Assembly (NCBI GenBank): GCA_963792815.1
Contig: CAWBXR010000011.1
Location: forward strand, 138,036 to 202,035
From: an uncultured Gammaproteobacteria bacterium
GTDB taxonomy: Bacteria > Pseudomonadota > Gammaproteobacteria > Pseudomonadales > Halieaceae
DNA length: 64,000 nucleotides
Direction: 5' to 3'
A program made the translations under genes and the position numbers. Of this stretch, positions 45,492 through 55,665 are shown one piece after another (position 1 is the stretch's first letter; every line of letters begins with the position of its first letter). Below the pieces are notes generated by a model, which searched no databases, was not told the origin of the DNA, and saw only the letters and a list, made by a program, of their open reading frames with translations.

Positions 45492-48400
45492 GTGCACCGA
45501 GGCCTGAAAACAAGCCTGTTACTGCTGCTGGCGCTGCCCCTGCTAGCCGGCGGCCTGCTGCTGGGCCTGGCCGCTTCCGAGGGCGGCTCGCGCTTGCTGG
45601 CCGAGCAGGCGCGGCGCTGGTCCGCCGGGGTGCTCGAATGGGGCGACATCCGGGGGCGATTGCTCGGTCCCCTGCAGATCACCGACCTGCGCATCCAGAC
45701 TCCCGGGCTTGAGCTCGAGCTGCAGGCGCTGTCGTTGGACTGGTCGCCGGGCGCACTGCTGGCCGGGCGGCTGGACATTGCGAGCCTGGAGGCAACGGGG
45801 ATCCGCGCCCGCCTGGAAGAGACCGAGGCGGAACCCACTGAAGCCGCCGCATGGCGCCCGCAGGACCTGTCTCCCCCCGTCGATGTCCGCCTGGGCAGGC
45901 TCGAACTCGTCGACCTGCAGTGGCGCAGTGGCGACAATCCCCCCCAGTCCATTGAGCGCATTACCGCGTCGGCCGCCCTGGAGAACCGGCAGCTGGTGCT
46001 GACGGAGCTGGATGTACGCGCGCCGCAGGGTTTTGTTGAGGCCAGCGGCGAGGCCGGCTTCGAGGAGAACCTGCCCCTTCGGCTGGACCTGCGCTGGCAG
46101 TGGCGGCTCCCGGACCAGCGCCTCGCGGGCGGCCAACTCGTGGCCGAGGGCGACGCGGCGAGGCTCGAACTGCGGCACAGCGGTAGTGGCGAGCTGCCGG
46201 TGAATCTGGGCGGCACGGTGCGGGACCTGCTGGAGACACCCGGCTGGGAGTTGCAACTGGACTGGCCGCAGTTGCCGCTGGACACCAGCGAGGCCCCGTT
46301 GCTGGTCGGGCCGGGATGGCTGCGCAGCGACGGGACGCTCGCGGATTATCGCCTGGCCAGCGAGGGAGGGTTGCAGGGCCTGGGCCCTGAACCCCTGTTC
46401 TGGTCCCTGCAAGCCCAGGGCGACCAGTCCGGCCTGCAACTGGCGCCCCTCACCCTGGGCAGCTCGCCGGGCGAACTCCAGTTGCGCGGCACGGTAGGCT
46501 GGAGCGGGCCGCTCGCCGTCGCCCTGGAGTACCGCGCGGTGGGGGAGCAACTGACGCGCTATCACCCGGACCTGCCGCCGCGGCTCGATGCCCACGGCCG
46601 CCTGCAGGTGCGCTACGAGAACGACGTCGTAGCCCTGCAACATTTCGACATGGCCCTGGAACAGACGCCACTGCAGCTCTCTTTCAAGGGCAGCGTGGCG
46701 CTGGCCGCCGCTGGTGGCCCGGGCTTCGAGGGCGAACTGGCCTGGCGCCAGTTCGGCTGGCCCCTGACAGCCGAAGCGCCAGCCTTTGCCAGCGCGGAGG
46801 GGCGACTGCAGCTGGCGGGCAGCGCGGACGCGTATACGGCTGGACCTCGCGGCGGAGCTGGCCGGCAGCCAGGTACCGCCGGGGCAGTGGCAGGGCCTGG
46901 CGACGGGGGATCAGCGGCAAACTCCGGCTGCAGCAGTTGGCGGGGCAGGTACTGGGCGGTGAGGTGACCCTGGTGGGGGAGCTGGGCTGGGACCCGCAGC
47001 CGGGTTGGAGACTTCCAGCTCAGCGGCAGCGAACTGGACCCGGGCCAGTGGCTGCCCGACCTGCCGGGCAAGCTGGCTCTTGCCCTGCGCAGCGCCGGGC
47101 ACATCGACGCGAACACCGGGCCCCAGGGGCAGGTGGCGCTGGAACAGTTGTCCGGTGTGATCGCCGGCCGGGATATCCGGCTGGTGGCCAATGCGCTGCT
47201 GGCAGGCGATGCCCTGGAGCTCAAGAAACTTCAGCTCGACAGCGGTGGCAACCGGCTCACCGCGGGTGGCCGCCTGGCACCGGGTGCGCTGGATTTGGGC
47301 TGGGACCTGCAGGTACCTGATCCCGCCGGCCTGCTGCCAGGCCTGCGGGGCCAGCTGACGGGCAGTGGCCGCCTCGGCGGCACGGCAGAGGCACCGCTTT
47401 TACAGGCCAGCCTTGCGGGAACCGGGCTGGAACTGGATGCGCACCGGCTGTCCTCGCTGAGCGCCGAGCTGGAGGCGGGGCTGGCGGCGCAGGCGCCCCT
47501 GCGGCTGGACCTTGCGGTCGGCGAGCTCGCCCAGGATGGCGAAACCCTGCTGCAGTCGGCCCGGCTGCAGGCCCGGGGCAGCACGTCGGCGCACTGGCTG
47601 GAACTGGATCTGGCCGCTCCCGCGCAGCAATTGCGGGCGCGCCTGGAGGGCGGCCTGCACCCGGACACCGGCCAGTGGCGCGGCACCCTGGCCGAACTGG
47701 TTGCGGATGCGGCGGATTACGGCAGCTGGAGCCTGGCGGAGCCGGCGCCGCTCACCCTGGGCGCCGGGGCGCTCAACCTGGCCGAGACCTGCCTGCGCGG
47801 CGGGACGGACGCCGCCCGGGTCTGTGTCCAGGGCGACTGGAGCGGTAGCGCCGGGGGACAGCTTGCGGCGCGTATCCAGGCCCTGTCCCTGCAGCGGCTG
47901 GCCGCCGACCTGGAAGGTCAGCTGGATGGCGCTTTGCGCGGCACACTCGGCGCCGATGGCGCCCTGCGTGGCCAGGGCGAACTCGAGCTCAGCGCGGGGC
48001 AGCTGCGGGTCGCGGGCGGCGAGGGCAGCCAGAGCATCAGCTTTCGCGGCGGCAAGCTCGATTTCGCGGTGGCGCAGGGCGGGCTCGACGCCACCCTGGT
48101 GGTGGAGGGCGAGCAGCGGCGCCTGCTGCGGGCAGAGCTGCAGCTGCCGGCGCTGAACAGGCTGCCCTTGCCGCAGCCCCAACCCTTGCGGGGACGCATC
48201 GAGGCGAACCTCGACGATCTCAGCGGCCTGCAGTTACTGGTTCCTGAGCTGGAGGCCACCGCGGGTAGCCTGCGTGCGGACCTGCAGTTGGCTGGCACCC
48301 TGCAGCAACCATTGCTGCTGGGCGAGCTGGTGCTGGCGGATGGAGCTGCGGATGTGCCCATGGCGGGGCTGGAGTTGCGCCAGATCGAACTGCGGGTCAA

Positions 48401-49388
48401 CAGCGACCCCGCGCAGCCCGGGCAGCTGGCCATTGCCGGCGGCCTCGCCTCCGGCAGTGGCCGTGTCGACCTCAGCGGTCGCGTCGATCTTGCCAGCGGC
48501 GGCGTGGCCCTGGCGATCAACGGCGACCGCCTGCTGGCCTACAACACACCCGATGCCCGGGCGTTGGTATCGCCGGACCTGCAACTGGGCTGGGACAGCG
48601 ATGTGCTCACCCTGCGCGGCCGGGTCGAAGTGCCGGAAGCGGATATCACGCCCCAGCTGGGGTTGAGCCCCGCCCTGCTAGCGGAGGAGCCAGCTGCGGC
48701 TCCCCAGCCCGGCCGGCTGATCGCCCCCTCCGCGGACGTGGTGATTATCAATGCCGCAGGGGAGATCGAGGAGCCGCCTGTAAGCGCACCACCGCTGCGC
48801 CTGGACAGCCGGCTGGAGTTGCTGTTTGGCGACCGCGTCAATGTCAACGCCCTGGGCCTGATCGGGCGTCTCACCGGCAAAGTGACGTTTATCAACCGCC
48901 CAGGGGCGGACCTGCTGCCGGTGGCCGACGGTCGCCTGTCTATCGAGGACGGTACCTTCCGCGCCTTCGGCCAGGACCTGGAGATCGAGACGGGGCGGGT
49001 ACTGTTCGCCAGGAAGCCCGTCACCGAGCCGGAGTTGAACGTGCGGGCCGTGCGCTGGATCGACAACGACCCGGTGGTCAGTTCGGTCGGGGTGCTGCTC
49101 ACAGGCCCCGCCGACCAGCCCCTGCTGGAACTGTTCTCCCGGCCGCAGCTGGACCAGACGGAGATCCAGTCCTACCTGCTCACCGGGAGCGGCTCGAACA
49201 ACCGCGACAGTGTGCTCAGCATCGGTACCTACCTGTACCCGAAACTGTATGTCAGCTATGGCTACAACCTGCTGGAAGAGACCAACCAGTTCGACACGCT
49301 GTACACCATCACCCCGCGCTACGGTGTTGAGACCAAGGTGGGCGAGGCGGACAACACCCTGAACATGACCATCACCTATGAGCATTGA
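45492..49388 (+). pseudogene. tamB: translocation/assembly module protein TamB, interrupted by three +1 frame breaks
   Basis: N-terminal ORF 45492..46967 (signal anchor LLLLLALPLLAGGLLLGLAA). C-terminal ORF 47133..49388 ends in a DUF490-type TamB C-terminus (YLYPKLYVSYGYNLLEETNQFDTLYTITPRYGVETKVGE). TamB-like sequence continues through frame 1 (RLDLAAELAGSQVPPGQWQGLATGDQRQ), frame 2 (LRLQQLAGQVLGGEVTLVGELGWDPQPGW) and back to frame 0 (DFQLSGSELDPGQW...). The breaks lie near 46836, 46919..46921 and 47009. Confidence 0.8.
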
Positions 49389-51279
49389 CAGCAGCCCGCG
49401 CCGCCTCGTCCCGCTGCTGGCACTGCTGTTGGCACTGGCGGTACCCGCACTGGGCGCTGCATTGCTGGAGGTGAGCATCAAGGGGCTGCGTGGCGAGCAG
49501 TTACAGAACGTGCGCGCCGCGCTGGCCATCGAAAGACGGCGGCAGGAGCCCGGGCTCGACGCCGAGACCATCCGCGAACTGCACGCCGAGGCGCCGGCGC
49601 AGATCGCCCGGGCGCTGCAACCCTTCGGTTATTACCAGCCGGAAATCGATGCGAGCCTGCAGGCCCCGGCGGCGGCAGGGGGCAGCTGGCGGGCCAGCTA
49701 CCGCATCAAGCGCGGTGCGCCGGTGCCCGTTGCAGAGCTGGCAATCAGCTTTGACGGGCCTGGCGCCGTCGATCCGGCACTGGCGGCGCTGGCAGGCGAG
49801 TTTGAGTTGCGCCGCGGTGACGCCCTCGATCACCGCCGTTACGAGGCGGCCAAAGGGCAGCTGCTGAAGCAGGTGCAGGAGCAGGGCTACCGCGACGCCG
49901 CGATCAGGACCCACCGGGTCGAGGTGAATCTCGCCAGCTACTCGGCTACTGTCAGCCTGGGTATCGATACCGGCCCGCGCTACGTGGTCGGGGATATCAA
50001 CCTCGAACAGTCACAGTTCGACCCCGACTACCTGCGCCGCTACCTCGTGTTGCAGCCCGGGGAGCCCTACGCCGGCAGCCAGCTTGCGCGCCAGCGCCAG
50101 GTGCTGAGCAAGACCGGTTTCTTCCGCGAGGTGGCTATCGAGCCGCAGCCGGCGACCGTTGGCCCGCCGCCGGCTATCCCGCTGGATATCCGCCTCGAAC
50201 CCTACAAGCCCAATCGTTACCGGGGGAGCCTGGGTTGGGGCACGGACTCCGGCTTCGGCGGGCAGCTCGACTGGACCCGGCGCTATGTCGGTGGTCGCGG
50301 CCAGCGTTTTACCGCAGGTGTCGCGGCAGTGGAGGAGCGCAACAAGCTGGCCGGCAACCTGAGCTACCTGATCCCGGTCGAGCCGCTCAGCGGCGAGCAC
50401 CTCGAGCTGGTCGCCCGCCACCAGAGCAAGGACCTGAATTATGATGACGTCGACCTGGACGAGGGCGGCGAGACCCGCATCACCACCAACCTGCTGTCGG
50501 TTTACTGGCACCCGGCCCGCTCTGCCTGGCGCGGCTTCCAGTTGGACTGGTCACCGGGCTTGAGCTACATAACGGAGAATTACGACGTGTTCGAGGTGCT
50601 GTTCGGCAACCTGTCGAACGCCGGGCAGCAGGCGATCATCGATGCCATCGGCACCCAGGCCTTCGACACCTTGTCACCCGACTTCAACGCCGTGGTCCCC
50701 AGCATCAGCTTCACCGCAAGCCGCAGCAACGACCGCCTGTTTATCCGCGACGGTGATTATCTCTCGCTGGAGCTGCTGGGCTCCCACGAGAAGGTGGGGT
50801 CCAACATCACCTTCTGGCAGGCCCGCCTCGACACCTGGCACATCCGCCCGATGTTCAGCACCGACAGGCTGTTGCTGCGCAGCAACTTTGGCTATTCCCA
50901 CGCCGATAACCGCGAGGTGCTGGGGGTCAACTTCAACCGGATGCCTGAATACTACGAGTTTCGTGCCGGGGGTGTGCGCAGCGTCCGGGGCTACGGGTGG
51001 GAGAGCCTGTTCCCGAAAAACACCATCACCGGCGGCAAGAACGAGGTCACCGCCAGCATCGAGTACGAACACGAACTCATCCCTAACTTGGGGGTGGCGG
51101 CGTTCTTCGATGCCGGTAATGCCTTCAACGATTTCAACGACATCCGGCCCAGGTACGGCACCGGGCTCGGCTTGCGCTGGCGGTCACCGGTGGGGCTCGC
51201 GCGTATCGATGTCGGCGTGCCGGTGGCGGACAGCAAAAAAGGGTTCGAAGTCTATATCACCGTTGGGCCGGAGTTCTGA
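49378..51279 (+). CDS. tamA: translocation/assembly module outer-membrane protein TamA (Omp85 family)
   Basis: 633 aa with a signal peptide, POTRA-like N-terminal region and Omp85-type barrel (GGVRSVRGYGWESL ... GLGLRWRSPVGLARIDVG). Overlaps the tamB stop by 11 nt. Confidence 0.85.
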   Translation: MSIDSSPRRLVPLLALLLALAVPALGAALLEVSIKGLRGEQLQNVRAALAIERRRQEPGLDAETIRELHAEAPAQIARALQPFGYYQPEIDASLQAPAAAGGSWRASYRIKRGAPVPVAELAISFDGPGAVDPALAALAGEFELRRGDALDHRRYEAAKGQLLKQVQEQGYRDAAIRTHRVEVNLASYSATVSLGIDTGPRYVVGDINLEQSQFDPDYLRRYLVLQPGEPYAGSQLARQRQVLSKTGFFREVAIEPQPATVGPPPAIPLDIRLEPYKPNRYRGSLGWGTDSGFGGQLDWTRRYVGGRGQRFTAGVAAVEERNKLAGNLSYLIPVEPLSGEHLELVARHQSKDLNYDDVDLDEGGETRITTNLLSVYWHPARSAWRGFQLDWSPGLSYITENYDVFEVLFGNLSNAGQQAIIDAIGTQAFDTLSPDFNAVVPSISFTASRSNDRLFIRDGDYLSLELLGSHEKVGSNITFWQARLDTWHIRPMFSTDRLLLRSNFGYSHADNREVLGVNFNRMPEYYEFRAGGVRSVRGYGWESLFPKNTITGGKNEVTASIEYEHELIPNLGVAAFFDAGNAFNDFNDIRPRYGTGLGLRWRSPVGLARIDVGVPVADSKKGFEVYITVGPEF

Positions 51280-51372
51280 GCCCAACGACAATCGGCTCAT
51301 TGGGTAATCGCAATACTCTCACTCCTGGGTGCGGCCTCAGCCTGTCTTAAAGGGGCAAGAAGAAGCAGCTCT

Positions 51373-51753
51373 TCAGGAGTAGGTAAACACGTCAAGTTTG
51401 TGGCCATCCAGGTCGCGGAAGTAGGCCGCGTAAAAACCGTCTCCACCCTCGGCCCGCAGGCCCGGCGCGCCCTCATCCTCACCACCAAGTTCGAGCGCTT
51501 TGGCGTGTAGGCGCTCCACTTCATCGCGCGAATTAACTCCGATTGCCGTCATTGTGCCATTGCCCACCGTTGCGGGCTTTCCATCGAAGGGCGTCATAAT
51601 GCACAGCATCACGGCATCCTTGTTTTCACCCCAGGCATAGCCTCGCTCTCCGAAGTCCATTTGACGCGTCAGACCAATCTCGCCGAGCAGGGCGTCGTAG
51701 AAAGTCGCAGCTCGTGGCAGGTCGTTGGTGCCCAGTACTACGTAGCCGATCAT
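51373..51753 (-). CDS. VOC (glyoxalase/bleomycin-resistance) family protein
   Basis: 126 aa. MIGYVVLGTNDLPRAATFYDALLG ... YFRDLDGHKLDVF is a typical VOC pattern. Confidence 0.8.
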   Translation of the reverse strand: MIGYVVLGTNDLPRAATFYDALLGEIGLTRQMDFGERGYAWGENKDAVMLCIMTPFDGKPATVGNGTMTAIGVNSRDEVERLHAKALELGGEDEGAPGLRAEGGDGFYAAYFRDLDGHKLDVFTYS

Positions 51754-52257
51754 AGGATTTCTCCACTATGGTTTTACCGCAGCATAGCGGATGTCAGCCT
51801 ATGGCCGAAAGCAAATTCCTGTAGCCCAATCCTGTTTTGTTTGTCTTGAGGTGAAAGCGGTAGCCAGCGGTTCCGGGTGATCATACCGCGCAAATACGTA
51901 AGCAAAAGCTGACGCTTGTAGCGGTTTGTTCTGGGGTTAGTCGGTACTTTTCAGGTATTCCAGTCGCAGCGAAGTTTGTGCTGAAATGCATCGCTAGCTG
52001 CCGTCAGATCCAAACCCTGATCTTGTCTGCTCTACTCCAGAAAGGAGTCATCCAGGCTTTCTTGGGCACCCCATAACTATGTCTGAAAGGTGCCAGCTTC
52101 GGACATGGCCAGCGCGGCAATCCAAGGTCAATAAACAACCGCTTTCACGACATAGAGGTCATGGAACTCTCACCTGAAGACAGACAAATGTGGGTTGCTT
52201 TTGAATCCAAGTACATGAGTTAACCGTAGATGTCTATGAACAATTGGAGTTGTTGAT

Positions 52258-52551
52258 ATGAAACGATTTGGCCTGTGGATTTACGACGCCTATAAATACA
52301 TTTTTGATTCCAGCAAAAATCCGCTAAGGCATATCCCTGACCCCACCAGCAGGATGTTTATTATGACCATTCTTGCGTTTATGTGGAGTGGTGCTTTCGC
52401 CATCTACCTGGGAAGCATCATTTACTTCGGCCTAAGCGTGGCAGCACATATCGTTTTAATCCTTATGTTTTTCTTCACCGTCGCAATCTTCTATGACGCA
52501 GAAAAAAACAATAGCTCATGGTTGCTAAAGCTTCGAAGGGACAAGTCTTAG
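52258..52551 (+). CDS. small membrane protein in low-G+C islet (hypothetical)
   Basis: 97 aa with GGAG 8 nt upstream of the ATG. Two clear hydrophobic helices (MFIMTILAFMWSGAFAIYLGSIIYFGLSVAAHIVLILMFFFTVAIF). Codon usage and G+C are visibly lower than in the neighbours. Confidence 0.55.
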   Translation: MKRFGLWIYDAYKYIFDSSKNPLRHIPDPTSRMFIMTILAFMWSGAFAIYLGSIIYFGLSVAAHIVLILMFFFTVAIFYDAEKNNSSWLLKLRRDKS

Positions 52552-52553
52552 GG

Positions 52554-52600
52554 TTCCGCTTCTAGGCGAAAGCGGGCTTCAGTTCATTTTCTGACCAGAG
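52554..52600 (+). terminator. possible intrinsic terminator after the small membrane-protein gene
   Basis: Stem CCGCTT (52556..52561) / AAGCGG (52570..52575) lies 5 nt past the stop, with a T-rich stretch (TTCATTTT) shortly downstream. Confidence 0.4.
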
Positions 52601-52630
52601 CGGGGTTGTTCCGCTATGCGTCGTTAGCTG

Positions 52631-52860
52631 TCATAAAGTAAGCCAGAGCCTCATGTTCCTGCCACCCCCGAAAGCAGTCATCCAGGCGGTGCAGGCTATA
52701 CTCGCCGACCTGCCAAATACAACAGTCCACAGCCGTTCGCGAGCAGACCTGAATCCGTTTGCAGTTGGTCTCCTGATACCCTCCATTACGAAATCGTGCG
52801 TCACATCAATCAGGTCGGCTCGTATCAGGTGCTGGCATAGCTTGTCGTATCCCGCATAAT
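52631..52860 (-). mobile_element. possible decayed IS4/IS5-type DDE transposase C-terminal fragment
   Basis: The minus-strand translation AGYDKLCQHLIRADLIDV...RSARERLWTVVFGRSASIACTAWMTAFGG...RLWLTL loosely recalls the (D)KGYD...ER(F/L)...IATRYDKTA...F...IRLWL C-terminus of IS5-family transposases. It is short, degenerate and has no inverted repeats. Weak call. Confidence 0.25.
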
Positions 52861-52862
52861 GT

Positions 52863-54585
52863 GTGTTTTTGATCCAGGCGGAGCAGACCACTGTGACCAC
52901 ACTTATAGAGCGCATTCGCCATTCGGTCATCGGCAGTAGAACGCCGATCTCCACCCCGTTCGGCGAGAAGCCGCTGATCTACGCGGATTACACGGCCTCC
53001 GGTCGCAGCCTGGGCTTTATCGAGGACTTTATCCGGGAGCAGGTTCTTCCCTTTTACGCCAACACCCATACCGAGACGTCCTTTACCGGCGCGCAGACCA
53101 CCGCGCTGCGGGAGCAGGCCCGGTCGATAATTCGTCGAGCGGTGAACGGGGGCAGCGACGACCAGGTCATTTTTTGCGGCGCAGGCGCCACTGCCGCGAT
53201 CAATAAGCTCATCGACATCATGAACCTGCGGCTGCCTGACGATCTGTCAAGGCGCTACGACCTCGCGTCCAGTATCCCGCCATCGGAGCGCCCGGTGGTA
53301 TTCATAGGGCCCTACGAGCATCACTCCAACGAACTGCCCTGGCGGGAGAGTATCGCGGAACTGGTTGTGACACCCCTGGACGGGCAGGGACAGATCGATA
53401 GCCGGGCTCTGGAGGCCAGATTACTTGCCTACGCCGATCGCCCCCTGAAAATCGGCAGCTTCTCTGCGGCATCCAACGTTACCGGCGTGAAAAGTGACGT
53501 GGCGGGCATCAGCGCCCTGCTGAAAAAACACGGCGCGCTGGCGTTCTGGGACTATGCGGCGGCGGCGCCCTATGTGGGCATCGACATGAATGGCGACACT
53601 CCGCTGGACGCTGTGTTTATCTCGCCCCACAAGTTCATTGGCGGCCCCGGCACGCCGGGTGTGCTCGTCGCCAAGAAGGCGATCATGCAAAACAGGGTTC
53701 CCGCCGTCGTCGGCGGCGGCACGGTGAAATATGTCACCCCCGTCGATCATCGCTATATCGAAGACCATGAACGCCGGGAAGAAGGCGGTACGCCGGGTAT
53801 CGTCGAGTCGATTCGCGCCGGGCTGGTTTTCAAGCTGCAGCAGGAAGTGAGTACCCGTGAAATCAGTCGACTCGAGGGCGATTTTGTCGAGCGCGCACTG
53901 GAGCGGTTCAGCGCCTGCCCGGGGCTCACCGTACTCGGGGAGCGGAATGCGCCGCGCTTATCCATCGTCTCGCTGCGCTTTCGCCACGGGCAACGGGACC
54001 TGCACTACGGCTTCGTGGTTGCGCTGCTCAACGATCTGTTCGGAATCCAGATGCGCGGGGGCTGCTCCTGCGCAGGCCCCTACGGCCACAACCTGCTCGG
54101 TATGGACATGGCTTACAGCAAGGCTATCGAAACCGAGTTGGACAAAGGCAACATGCTGTTTCGGCCGGGTTGGGTGCGCCTGAACTTCAACTACTTTCAT
54201 CGACGAGGACGAATTCGAGTACCTGGTTCGCGCCGTCGAACTCGTTGCCACCCACGGCTGGCGCCTGCTGCCCTTTTACCACGCCGACACCGCCGCCGGC
54301 GTGTGGCGCTATCAGGGCCGGCCCCGGGATTTGCCGGTGAGCCTGGAATCTCTGGATTTCTCTGCCGACCCGCTGCCCGGCGCCGGGCGCACCGCCGTCA
54401 CCACCGACCTGGCAGATCTGTGCGCCGCTGCGGAGCAGGAGTTGTTGCGAGAAAACCGTGCGGGAGTCCGGGCTACCCTGGAACTGAGCGCGGAGGCAGA
54501 GCGCTTGCGCTGGTTTGTGCTGCCCCAGGAAGTTATCGCTGAATTGGATGGCCAGATCGGCCTGGTTGGCGTTCAGGGAGTCTGA
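52863..54585 (+). pseudogene. class V aminotransferase / cysteine-desulfurase-like protein, interrupted by a +1 frameshift
   Basis: IYADYTASGRSLGFIEDFIREQVLPFYANTHTE... and FISPHKFIGGPGTPGVL (PLP-Lys context). After ...VRLNFNYF the frame degenerates into R/P/A-rich sequence. The natural continuation IDEDEFEYLVRAVELVATHGWRLLPFYHADTAAGVWRYQG... is open in the +1 frame from 54199 to the stop at 54585. The break is at the T-run 54195..54197. The start is uncertain (GTG 52863 or GTG 52893). Confidence 0.75.
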
Positions 54586-54595
54586 TGTTGGGGAA

Positions 54596-54672
<77 letters not shown>

Positions 54673-54883
54673 TGTAAGCATCCCACCCGCGTTGGCAGCG
54701 GGTGTTCAGGGAGCGGAATAATACCCGTGTTGCCCGGATGAGTCCACGCCTGCGGGGCTGATGGATTTGGCAAAAGCGGGGTCCCCGGTGCTGATGTTTT
54801 TGCCTGCACAAGCTCGCTACCCCGGTGATGATCTGTGGCAAACTGGCGCCCGTCGACAAGTGCCGTGGGGAGTGGGGCGTTAA

Positions 54884-55657
54884 ATGGAGGGACTGGAGAG
54901 CTGGCAGCTCATCGCCATCGGCCTGCTTTTTGTCTGGGGCGGTTTCGTCCGGTCAAGCCTCGGCTTCGGCGGGGCGGTGCTTACCCTGCCGTTCCTGCTG
55001 ATGGTCTACAACGCCCCACTGGTATTCCTGCCGATTATCGCCATTCACCTGCTGTTCTTTTCATTCATAACGGTGCTGCAGTCCCACCTGAAGTCCCGTC
55101 GCTCAGGGCCGGAGACAGCGACCAACACGGTTAACTGGCGTTTCCTGCGTTATGCCCTGCTGTTGATGATCATCCCGAAGCTGATCGGGGTTGCCGGGGT
55201 AATCACCCTGCCGGCCAATATCGTCAGCAGCTTTATTTTCATCGTGGTGTCCGTCTACGCGGTGAGTTATATCCTCGACCGGCCATTCAAGAGCAACAAC
55301 AAGTGGCTCGATGCCCTGTTTATGATCCTGGGTGGTTATGTCAGCGGCACCTCCCTGGTGGCCGCGCCGCTGGTGGTGCCGGTGGCCGCCAGCCGGGTGC
55401 AGCACTTCCAGTTGCGCGACACGCTGTTTGTACTGTGGTTTGTGCTGGTGGCGGTAAAGCTGGCGGCTTTCATGTGGTCGGGCATCGACCTGCAGTGGCG
55501 GCAGCAGCTGTGGCTGCTGCCCTGCGCGACAGTGGGGCACCTGCTCGGACTGCGGTTTCACGCCTATACGCTCAAAGCCGATACCCGGGTTTTCTTCAGG
55601 GTACTGGGTTGGGGCCTGTTGAGCGTAAGCCTGGTGGGCCTGGCGCGCTTGCTGTAG
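54884..55657 (+). CDS. TauE/SafE (TSUP) family anion permease
   Basis: 257 aa and polytopic. The N-terminal GGFVRSSLGFGGAVLTLPFLL matches the DUF81/TauE signature. Confidence 0.75.
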   Translation: MEGLESWQLIAIGLLFVWGGFVRSSLGFGGAVLTLPFLLMVYNAPLVFLPIIAIHLLFFSFITVLQSHLKSRRSGPETATNTVNWRFLRYALLLMIIPKLIGVAGVITLPANIVSSFIFIVVSVYAVSYILDRPFKSNNKWLDALFMILGGYVSGTSLVAAPLVVPVAASRVQHFQLRDTLFVLWFVLVAVKLAAFMWSGIDLQWRQQLWLLPCATVGHLLGLRFHAYTLKADTRVFFRVLGWGLLSVSLVGLARLL

Positions 55658-55665
55658 GCCGCCCC

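Noticed and set aside
45374-46285. N-terminal ~300 codons of the 472-aa minus-strand ORF 44867..46285
   Set aside because: The Ser/Arg/Pro-rich low-complexity translation is antisense to tamB. A proper ATG, signal peptide and lectin domain begin at 45373, so only 44867..45373 is called.
52079-52223. Two mini-ORFs in the low-G+C islet (MSERCQLRTWPARQSKVNK at ~52079; MELSPEDRQMWVAFESKYMS at ~52161)
   Set aside because: They are too short, lack convincing ribosome-binding sites, and have no recognisable similarity. One coincides with a hairpin. They cannot be supported as genes.
54884-55657. Linking the TauE/SafE sulfite/organosulfonate exporter-family permease to the sulfotransferase island
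   Set aside because: It lies ~27 kb away, separated by many unrelated genes and a tRNA. The family is broad (TSUP), so the shared 'sulfur' theme is probably coincidental.
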